DNA of 64,000 nt from Camelus dromedarius (taxonomy: Eukaryota): positions 96,846,001-96,910,000 of the forward strand of contig NC_087472.1 in the NCBI RefSeq assembly GCF_036321535.1. Direction: 5' to 3'. How positions within the stretch are numbered: position 1 is the first letter of the stretch; every line of letters starts with the position of its first letter. The notes under the pieces were generated by a model that was not told where the DNA came from, made no database searches, and saw only the letters and a list, made by a program, of their open reading frames with translations. Below are positions 48,100 through 58,300 of the stretch, one piece after another. The translations under genes and the position numbers were made by a program.

Positions 48100-48575
48100 C
48101 AAACTCACCCCTCACTCCAGTCCTGACCATTGTAGAACCCGGAAGAGTTTGTAGCGAATAAAGCTAAAGGCCTCTGGTCCACTCCTCCGTCGCCCTCTCC
48201 CGCAATCCCCCCCACCCCCCACTCCGCGGGTATTTGCGCCTGCGCCGTGGGGGCAGACCCAGGCCGCGCCGCATCGCTTAGCTCTGTAAACCTTTTCTTG
48301 GCGTCGACAGTGGCTGGTGTCCTGCCTCTCCCCCTGACCCCGACGCCTGGCCGCCCTCATGGTTGTTTTAGGTCCTGCTCATCCTTCCAGGTCCATCTCT
48401 TCCACAGAGCTTCACCGGAGACGGGCCTCCCGCCATTGCTGTGATTGGCCGTCCGCCATTACTGGTGACTGGTAGGTTTTAGACCCTCACAGCCTTCCGC
48501 GCCCACCTCCCCTGCAGAGCCTCGCTACCGCGCACCACCCTTCCTTCCCGCCCCACAAAGCTGAAACTAGCCCTT
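48100..48575. promoter_or_regulatory. Second CpG-rich promoter-like segment between PRDX4 exon 1A and exon 1
   Basis: CpG-rich; CCAAT box (gattggc near 48443); two YY1-like CCGCCATT (48431, 48453); GC box near 48547; ETS-like CCGGAAG at 48139. Confidence 0.5.
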
Positions 48576-48723
48576 CTGTCTCGAAATGGCTTACTTTATA
48601 CCTTTAACTCCCTCACTCCGGTCCTGACCATAATATGGTCTGCTTTTTGTTTCCTGTGGGCAAAGGAGGGAGCCACCTCTTTTGCTGGGGGGGGGGACGG
48701 TGGGGCGGGGAGTATGTCCTTAC

Positions 48724-48925
48724 CCATAGCATTGTCTGTGACTTCTTCAGTCTCCGGGGGCCCGTTGATAGGAGTCCTTGGACGAGGCAGCTCTCGCATC
48801 TCCCATTCTTCCCCTTCCCCAGCCTCCTGCTCCATGTGGAAGGGGATTGGGGCTCGGGGGGTTCGGGACTGAGTCCCAGAGATTCTGCTCAGGCCTATGC
48901 CTCGAGGCCGGCTTCGGTGATCCAT
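48724..48925 (-). CDS. PRDX4: PRDX4 alternative first exon 1A (testis-type PRDX4t; 258-aa isoform without a signal peptide)
   Basis: Strong Kozak AACATGG; 67 codons MDHRSRPRG...VTDNAM + G|GTAAGG donor in phase 1, joining exon 2 as ...DNAMVSKPAP; resembles the known PRDX4t N-terminus. Confidence 0.88.
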
Positions 48926-49894
48926 GTTGACCGTTGGACAAACAGCCTCAAAGCCTCAGTGATCTCTAGGCCCTGAGCTGGGTCTCTAAATTTAGAAACT
49001 GGGAGAGGAAGCTTGGGGAGCGTATTTCCTGACACCTCTGCTCTGGACTGAGCTGAGGTGCCCCAGTTGGCAGCAGGGGCTGCCCACCAAGTGGGCCCCA
49101 GTGAACCTCCTGCCCACTGGAGAGAGTGGCCAGGTAAGCCAGCTCCCAGGCACTAACTGTACACCCCTCAGTTCCACCGGAACCCCCTGGCAGCTGACAT
49201 TCTGGGTGACAGTTGCTCTGAATCTTTCTGTCCAATGATAAACCCCGAGTGCCTGCCTGCTGCAGGTAGACATTGTGCTGTCACATGGCAGTCACAAGGA
49301 GGCTTGGGTGGAGCCCTACCCACGAGGCACTCACCATCCAGCTGGAGTCAGCTGCCCATGTTAATAAAATAAAACCATTAGACACAGGGAGGTGGTTCTA
49401 TATATATAGAAATACCTGGGGAGCTTAAGAACATTAAAGTGTATGAACCAAGCCCCAGAGATGGTGGTTTAAGGGGTGTTTGGGGGGGTGGTGTCCGAAG
49501 AGTGTATGGTTTCACAAATGGTGTGTCTGCTGAAGAATCACCGCTGATGGAGGTTAAGAGCACACGTTGTAGACTCGGCTGTTTCTAGACTGTAGTCTGA
49601 GCTCTGCCTCTTATTGTCCTTGTGGCCTTGGGAAATTAATTTAACCTCTCTGAGCCTTCGTTTCATCTGCAGATGGGAGTCATTAATACCTTCCCCATGT
49701 TGTAAAACCGAAATGATACAAGTTTCATGATATAAATATAAAACCTGACTTGGATGTGGACCAGACTGAGGGACTCACTTCTAACGCACATGACAGGAGG
49801 AATGCTTTGTGACTTCTGAGTTAGGGTCATATAAAGGATAGTTTCTGTCTCACACTTACATTACTCATTCTGAAGAGGACTTACTATTCAAAAG

Positions 49895-51372
49895 ATTTTT
49901 TTGAGATACAGTTCACGAAACATATAATTTGTCATTTAAAAATGTATAATAAATTCAGTGACTGTTAGTATAGTTGCAGTGTTGTCCTTTCTGCTTATTG
50001 CTAATTCCAGAACCTCTCCCTCACCCCCAAGAAAGAAACCTCATTCCTGTTAGCAGTTGATTCCTCCCTTCCTGCTAGCCCCTGGCAATGACTAATCTAT
50101 TTCCTCTCTAGAGATTTGCCTATTCTGGACATTTAATATAAATAGAATCATACAACATGTGTCCTTTTGGGTCTGACTTCTTTAACTTAAGTGTAATGTT
50201 TTCAAGGTTCCTCTCTGTTGTAGCATGTATTAGTACTTCATTTCTTTTTTATTGTAGTAAAATATACACAATACCATTTTACCATTTTTAAGTGTATAGC
50301 TTAGTGCCATTAAGTACATTTACTTTTGTTGTGCACTCATCATCACCATCCTTCTCCAGAATTTTTCATCTTCCTATTCTGTAACTAAGCTATACTACCC
50401 CCCCCCAGCTCCTGGAAACCACCATTTTATTTTCTGTCTCTGAATGTGGCTGCTCTAGGTACCTCATATAAGTAGACTCATAAAATATTTGTCTTTTTCC
50501 ATCTGGCTTCTTTCACTTAAACTTAATAGTTTCAAGGTTCCTCCATGTTGTAGCATGTATTGAATAATATTCCATTGTGTAGATATACCAATTTTATTTG
50601 CCCATTCATAAATTGATGGATATTCAATTTGTTTATACTTTTAGACTATTATGAATAATAATGCTATGAACATTCATGTACAAGTTTTTCTGAGAACATA
50701 TGTTTTCAATCCTTAGGTATACATCTAAGACTGGAATTGCTGAACTATATGGTAACTCTATATTTAACTTTTTGAGAACCTGCCAAAGTGTTTTCCACAG
50801 CAGCTGTACTATTTAACATTCACACCAGCAATGTACGAGGGGTCCAGTTTCTCCACATCCTCTTCACTTTTTGTCTGTTTTTTTGATCACAGTCATCTTA
50901 GTGGATGTGAAGTGGTATCTTCGTGATTTTGATTGGCATTTACCAAATGTTTAATGATGTTGAGCATCTTTTCATGTGTATTGTCTTTGGAGAAATGTCT
51001 ATTCAGATCGCTTGCCCATTTTATAACTCGGTTTTTCTCTCTGTTATTGAGTTGTAAGGGTTCTTTATATATTCTGGATACTAAACTTTTATCAGATATA
51101 TGATTTAAAAATATTTTGTCCCATTCTCTGGGTTTTCTTCTTACTTTATTGATAGTGTCCTTTGGTGCAAAAGGTTTTAGTTTTGATGAAGTCTAATTTG
51201 TCTATATTTTTGCTTGCTTGTGCTTTCTTGTCATGTTTAAGAAGCCATTGCCTAATCCAAGGTCATAAAGCTATAAACCTAAGTTTCCTTCTAAGAGTTT
51301 TATAGGTACAGCCTTTACATTTAGGTATTTAATCCTTTTTGAGTTAATTTTGTGTATGTTGTGGGGTAGGGG
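49895..51372 (-). mobile_element. Old L1 (L1MA/L1MB-like) ORF2 end / 3' UTR, probably nested copies
   Basis: Typical tracts ggaattgctgaactatatggtaactct, gtggatgtgaagtggtatct, gatgttgagcatcttttcatg, ttttgatgaagtctaattt. Confidence 0.8.
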
Positions 51373-52079
51373 TCAGGACTACTCTTTGAGTACTTACTGT
51401 GTGCCAGACACTGCCATTGGAGGGCAGTAATAATACAACGGACATGTCCTATGATTTTTGAGCTGAAACTCCAAGGACACTCACAGATATTAGTCAATGG
51501 TCACATACATGTCTAAACGTAAATTTGACCACATACTGTTTCTGATTTATAATGCGGGCCCAGAAACTGTGAGCATTGTGGGAAAAGGGTACACCCTCAT
51601 GTGGTTGACAAAGTTGCATGTGTGATATGGAGGAAATCCCTGTCTGACACTGTCATGGGGACATTTGCAAGTTCCTTGAGAGACCTCAGAGTGTAGGCTC
51701 TGTCACATCGAGTGTCTTTCCTTTGAATAGTCACTTAGACTCTCCCTCAGTCCTAGGCCTTTTGTAACCCATTATTGTGTTGGGGTCCTTCTGCTCCCCT
51801 GGGTGGCCCACTTGGCTGCTTTTCCTTCTGTGATAGTCTCAGGCCATCATTTTTGTGGCGTCCACATTTGTTCCCTGGAAACACAGATTTTTTTCTGCAT
51901 TTGTGGGCAGTTCAGTTTACATACAAGTCTGCCATTTTATTGTCCCTTCTGCCAGGGACAGTTCCAGCCCCAGCCTCTAGAGTTTACCTGTCTGAGTCAG
52001 ACACTGATTCCTAAGATCCTCAACCTACAGGAGACACGAGCTTTCTGAAACTTTGTTACTTGCTTGAGGTAGCCACGTT

Positions 52080-52350
52080 TATCCCTCTCTCATTCTAGGA
52101 GAAGCCATCCACAAAGTCACAAGGACACTCAGGCAGCCTCTGGAGAGGCCCGTATGGGGAGAAACTGAGGCCTCCCATGAGCTCCCAGCACCAACTTGCC
52201 AGACTTGTGACTGCACCTCCTTGGAAGCAGACCTTCCAGCTCCATTCGCTTCTGCTGACTGCAGCCCTGGTGACATCTCGGCTGCAGCCTCATGGGACAC
52301 CCTGAGCCAGAACCATTGGATTCATGACCCACACAAACAGTGAGTTTGAT
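52080..52350. mobile_element. MaLR LTR fragment (MLT1-like)
   Basis: ggagaggcccgtatggggagaaactgaggcc...ccttggaagcagaccttccagc...gcagcctcatgggacaccctgagccagaacc. Confidence 0.65.
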
Positions 52351-52369
52351 AAATTTTCATTATTATTTA

Positions 52370-53582
52370 ACTTTACAGTTGTTTTGAAATACAGTTCATG
52401 TACATAAACTTCACAATTTTAAAGTGTACAGTTCAGGTTTTTTAAAGTGCATTTGCAATATTATGTGTATTCTGTGGTTTTCGACAAATGTATAATGACA
52501 TATCCATTGTTATAGCGTCATACAGAGTATTTTTATTACTCTAAAAATCCTCTGTGTTCTGCCTTCGCTCTTTTTTTTTTTATGGGCAAATAACATTCCA
52601 TTGTAAAGATATGCTGTGTTTTGTTTATCCATTTATCAGCTGTTGGACATTTGGGTTGTTTCCACTTTTTGGCTGTTGTGAATGATACTGCTTGGAACAT
52701 TAGAGGATACGTTTTTGTGTGGATGTATGTTTTCAGTTCTCTTAGGGATATACCTATACTGGAATTCAATTGCTGATCTATGTGGTAACTCTATGTTTGG
52801 CTTTTTGAAGACTTTTGACATTTTGACTGTCAAAGTGTTTTCCACAGTGGCTGCACCATTGCATGCTCGTACTATACAAGGGTTTTCTGATTTCTCCAAA
52901 TCTTCACTAACACTTGTTACTGTCTTTGTTTTTGATTATAGCCATCCTGGTGGGTGTGAAGTGGTATCTCATTGTGGTTTTGATTTCTATTTGCCTAGAG
53001 ATGTTGAGCATCTTTTCATGTACTTTTTGGCCATTTGTATATCTTCTTGGGAAGCATGTCTAGTCATATGTTTGCCCATTGTTTCATTGGGTTGTCTTTT
53101 TTAAATTTTATTTTTTATTGAAATGTAGTTGATTTACAATGTTAATTTCAGATATACAGCAAAACGATTCAGTTATACATATATACACATGTATTTTCAG
53201 ATTCTTTTCCATTATAGCTTATTATAAGAAATTGAATATAGTTCCCTGTGCTATAGAATAGGTCTTTGTTTATCTGTTTTATATATAGTAGTGTGTGTCT
53301 GTTAATTAATTGGGTTGTCTTTTGATTGTAGAGTTTTAAGAGCTCTTTTTGTATTCTGGATACTACCAGATATATAATTTGCAAATGTATTTTCCTGTTT
53401 TGTGGATTGTTTTTACACTTTCTTGATACTGCCCTTTGACACAAAATTTTTTTACAATTTTGATGATTCCCAGTGCAGTTACTTTTACTTTGGTTGCTTA
53501 TGCTTTTGATGTCATACTAAAGATGGGCAACACAAGGTTGCAAAGACTAACAGCTGTGTTTCCTTCTAAGAGTTTTATAGTT
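52370..53582 (-). mobile_element. Old L1 ORF2 end with a nested younger L1 3' end (53101..53308)
   Basis: The minus strand encodes ELKTYIHTKTYPLMF...AKKWKQPKCP...WINK; the nested copy is flanked by TSD attgggttgtctttt (53086..53100, 53309..53323). Confidence 0.82.
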
Positions 53583-54384
53583 TGTAAAAGGGGGAAGTTG
53601 ATTATGAAAAGGGAGGGAGGAAAATCTAATTGCGGCCCAGGGTTTTTGGTAGGTTTATATACTTTAGAAAAACATTCATATGGAAGGTGATATTGGGGAA
53701 ATGGATTCCATTAGGACTCTCTGTGCCCGGGTTCCCCTAAGAAAGTCTCATTGTAGGTTTGGGGCTCAGACCTGAGCCAGAGAAGCACTGCATTCTTATG
53801 TCTATCTCTTGGTATAATGAGTGAGAATACGAGAGAAATGGGGAAAAGTAATTGGAAAAGGGGAATATGGCAGAGAAGGAGAGAAAAAAGGAGGCACGGG
53901 CGAATACCAGAAAGTTGTGCTCAGGTACAGTGAGGTAAGCTGGTGTCCCTTTATCCCATCTTTGTAGGAGTTGTTAGGGTGCATGGAGGCCCCCCCATGT
54001 ATGTGACTGCCTTCGGGTATCTCTGTACCAGAATTCTCCTAGTTTTTCTCAGCAAATTTCCATATTGAATTATCTCCAGTGTGATGTTATCTCTGCAGTT
54101 TCAAGCGTGGGTGTTTAAACTTCTGGATTGTCTCAGGGAGCCTTTTTGGGTAAATTTAAAGGACTCTTAAAAAGTTTTGATTGTAGATGCTCGCCGTGTT
54201 GACAGCTCTCTGACAATTCTTTCCTCCTCCTTCCACCTCACCTCTTTTACATCTCTGTGTCGGATAATGGGGAGTGCCGATGGATCCCACTTGAGCCCAT
54301 TATGTTGCAGGCTGGTCAGCACCTCGCTGTAGGATATGGGGATATTTGACATTTGTCGTACTGGTCTTTAGAGCCTGTAATAGT

Positions 54385-54758
54385 TTGTAGGGCTGCCGTA
54401 ATAAAGCACTACAAACTGAGTGGCTTAAACAACAGAAATTTACTATATCATTGTCAAAGCCAAGGTGGTGGCAGAGTTCATTCCTTCTGAGAGATGTGAG
54501 GGAAAGGGGTGTTGCAGGACTCAGTTGTTGGCTTGAACATGGCGTCTTCATGTTCACGTGGTGTTCCCTCTGTGTATGTGCCTGTGTCCGGATTTCTTCT
54601 TCTTATAGAGACACATTGGATTAGGGTCAGTGTCGTGGCCTCATTTTAACTTGGTTATCTCACTAATGACTGCCTCCACATAAGGTCTTATGTTGAGGTC
54701 CTGGCTGCATTAGGGCTTCAATACATGAGTTTTGGGGAGAACACAATTTAACACATAA
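54385..54758. mobile_element. MaLR solo LTR (MLT1-like)
   Basis: agggctgccgtaataaagcactacaaactgagtggcttaaacaacagaaattt...attggattagggtc...acacaatttaacacataa. Confidence 0.78.
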
Positions 54759-55299
54759 GTGAGCCTCTCTCACGTGTCTTACCTGAGAGGACATGCATTC
54801 AGCACCTCATTCAATGCAGGCTTTCAGGGATGTGCCTTTCCTCTGACTAGGCACTAGGCTCATGCTCAACCCCTGAATTTGTGACTCACCACTTTCTTGT
54901 GCTCCCTTTTTTCTTCCCAAGGGCTCCTCTTCAGTGCTTTTGTTTTAATGCAAACTCAAGTCATTCACCATGTAGAGGCCCCGTGTGGACAGGAAAAACC
55001 CAATTCTTTCTTCTGAACATGGTGAAGTGCAGTTCACTCCCAAGCCAGCGGTATTATGGTACCTTCTGGCAGATATAGTTCTAGCCCCAGGTTCCTGACT
55101 TCATTGTGTGAGCCAGATATTAATTCTTGTGTTGTTTTGCAAACTCCACAGGACATAAGATAAGCTTTCTGAAGCTCTTTGTCATTTGCTTGAAGTAAGG
55201 GGGAAATAATCTTTGTTCCTCCTTCGTCAGAGTGAGGAAATTTACCACATTCCATTTCTCAGGATCTGTGTCCGCATGGAAAGCACAAAACTTACTTCT

Positions 55300-58200
55300 T
55301 TGGGAGGTGGAGGTGCAGGTCACTCCTCAGGAGGATCTAAATACACAGCTGATAATTACACACACATGTTATTTTAACCAGTACTGCTTGACTGTGAGAA
55401 GTCTTGTTAAGTATATGTAATTCTTTTCTTTTTTTTTCCTTTTGTTTTCCATGTACACTTTTTTTAAACATTTTTTATTGATTTATAATCATTTTACAAT
55501 GTTGTATCAAATTCCAGCATAGAGCACAATTTTTCAGTTATACATGAGCATATATATATTCATTGTCAAATTTTTTTCTCCGTGGGCTACCATAAGATCT
55601 TGTATATATTTCCCTGTGCTATACAGTATAATCTTGTTTATCTATTCTACAATTTTGAAATCCCAGTCTATCCCTTCCCACCCTCCGCCCCCCCGGCAAC
55701 AAGTTTGTATTCTATGTCTGTGAGTCTATTTCTGTTTTGTATTTATGCTTTGTTTGTGTTTTTTTTTTTTTTTTAGATTCCACATATGAGTGATCTCATA
55801 TGGTATTTTTCTTTCTCTTTCTGGCTTACTTCACTTAGAATGACATTCTCCAGGAGCATCCATGCTGCTGCAAATGGCGTTATGTTGTCAGTTTTTATGG
55901 CTGAGTAGTAGTCCATTGTATAAATATACCACATCTTCTTTATCTTGTCATCCATTGATTGGAATTTAGGCTGTCTCCATGTCTTGGCTATTGTAAATAG
56001 TGCTGCTATGAACATTGGGGTGCAGGTGTCATCCTGAAGTAGGGATCCTTCTGGATTGTGTAATTCTTTTCTTGATTGTAGGGGGGTGTTCCTGATGAGG
56101 AAATGCCACGATAGAGCAATGGGACTGGGACAAGTGGACAGCTGGGAGCCCACCAGGCTTCCCCAGCCCAGCCATGAGGTTTCAGTAAAGTAAGATAGGA
56201 GTCTGATTCGAGGGAGTTGTAAAAGAAGGTCTCTCCACTGGCCAAGGAACTAATGGAGGTAGATGTGCTTAAAGAGACAGTACCATCTACAGTATCCCTA
56301 GGCAGCTAGTGAAAAAAACAAAGGGTACTTGATGCCTCCTTGTAGATTACCACACACTCAATGTGGCAGCAGTCCTCCTTGCCTTTGTAGTTCCAGGTAT
56401 CATATTGTAGTTCCAGGTGTCACATTCTCAGACTCCATTGTGCAAACTGAAGGGTCTTGTGTGTCGCAGTGGATATACTAATGCTTTTTTCAAATCCCAC
56501 CGAACCTATGTGATTAGAGTCTGTTTGCCTTCATGGGTCAGATTATGTTGTATGTTAATGTGGCAGTGCAGTGAGACCCACAATTTCTCACCAGCAGATA
56601 GGACAAAAACCAGGGAATGCTGAAACCTCATTGCAGGTGTCCTGGTACCATTACATGGATGAAATTACTTAAATTGGAAGGGACAAAAGCAGCAGATGGT
56701 CTGCCTTAGAGAGTTGGTCCAACTTCTTAGTAATTGGCGCTAGATTAACCTGTCACATATTAAAGAACAGCCACCCAAGTAAGGAAATGACGCACTTTGG
56801 GGTTTTGTTTTCCCTTCCTGGTATGTAATTGTTCACATTCATCCATTTGTAAAGTAATGGCTTATAGTCTATTAATGAATGCCACTAGAGGCACTCAGAA
56901 GTATTCCTGAAATTAAGTCATTAATATAACATCCAGTACTGATAGCTCAGTCTCTTTGAGGATGTTAAGGTAATGTTGCTATTTGTGCTTTTGTTTTTGG
57001 GGCTTGTCTGACACCGCAACTGGGCATGCTTCATTTGAAAGACAGTTGCTGGCTTGTTAGTGGGTAGTGATGGACATCAAGAGAGCAACAAAGCAAGAAC
57101 AGCGGTTTTTATACCCTCGTATCCCTGTCAAGGGATTGGTGAGATGAGAATCCCATGAAGTGGTTATTACCTTCATGCCTTCATGTTTATGTGAAAGTGG
57201 CATATCAAGGAAAGACTTAATGGCATTAATGGTGTCTCATAGCTACAGGAAAATGTGCCCAGTCACTCTCCAGGTATGGCTATTGTAGATGTAGGGACCG
57301 GGTCATCAACTCAGGCTTCTTGATGATTTGGTACAGTAAGTTTCTTGTGGATGCTTGGGTCTAGTTTATTGATTTATACACTAAATTAAAATCCAGTAGG
57401 GGATGTGGGCCAGCGTAGCTTCACAGTACCAAAGAAAACTGTTTACAGTTGTGCCTGCAATGGGAATTCTGCTCAACTAGTGGAGTCTGGGATGTGATGC
57501 TTGTTCTGGAGAATAAGCTCCAGACTGCATCTTGCTACGTTTTTACTGACTCATGTACAGCTGTTAATGCCCTGGTAGTGTGGGTTGGTGGTTGGCAGCT
57601 GAAAGACTGGATGATAAATTTTTAGCCTTTGCTGGAATGAACATTGTTAGCTGAATGCTAAAGATGCATACCATCTGTTCATGTGTTTTATGAATACCCA
57701 TGGATAAGGACCCTTGGAGGGAAATTCAGTGGAATCAGCAGCTCATCAGACATGTCCTGCCCAGGTTAGGACTAGTGCCAGCTGCATAGATGCTTTGAGA
57801 CTGGGCCCCAAACAAGACCTGGAGATTTCATCATATGAAGCCATGGAATCCTGGAAATGTGCAGCGTGCCCACTGTATAGTTGAGAAGAGAGGGATCCTT
57901 GGGTCCCCTAGCCAGAAATACTAGAGCTGGTATTCTACCCTCCTTTCAAGTGTACTATTGTTCATGTACTGCAATAGATACCTTTTTTGAGTATTATTGC
58001 CAGACCCATTCCCAGAGCAGATTGGGGAATTTCTGTAATAGACTTAGGCTTTACTTCATTTTGGGATTCATTGGCTGCATCCAGTCAGACAACGATGATA
58101 CCTGATTACAGGAAGAAGTACCCAGCATTTGGAGCCACTTGGGATGTTTGCTGAATCATTGATGCTCTGTGGACTAGCCAGGTAGCAGGAACCATTGAAG

Positions 58201-58300
58201 GATGGCTGGGATTCTCATAGAAGAAGCTGAAAAAAGAGAAAGAGATGACTGCCACTCTGTTTTCAGTGGAATGCATGCTAAAGAAAGTCAATTTGAGTTC
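55300..58300 (+). mobile_element. Decayed class III (ERVL-like) pol remnant: RT, RNase H, integrase
   Basis: NAFF near 56480; HYMDE at 56649..56663; RNase H YVFTDS...W...W..KDWMI from 57536; integrase AIDT (57977), QSDN (58088), AGTIEGW (58197). Confidence 0.8.
55431..56058 (-). mobile_element. Young 5'-truncated L1 inserted into an ERV remnant
   Basis: ORF2 C-terminus DTCTPMFIAALFTIAKTWRQPK...ILSEVSQKEKEKYHMRSLICGI*; perfect 15-bp TSD TGTAATTCTTTTCTT (55416..55430, 56059..56073). Confidence 0.92.

Noticed and set aside
48596..48723. C-terminal part of the 109-aa ORF 48596..48925
   Set aside because: Read-through into the intron past the GTAAGG donor; the downstream GTAAGC donor at 48594 comes after an in-frame TAA
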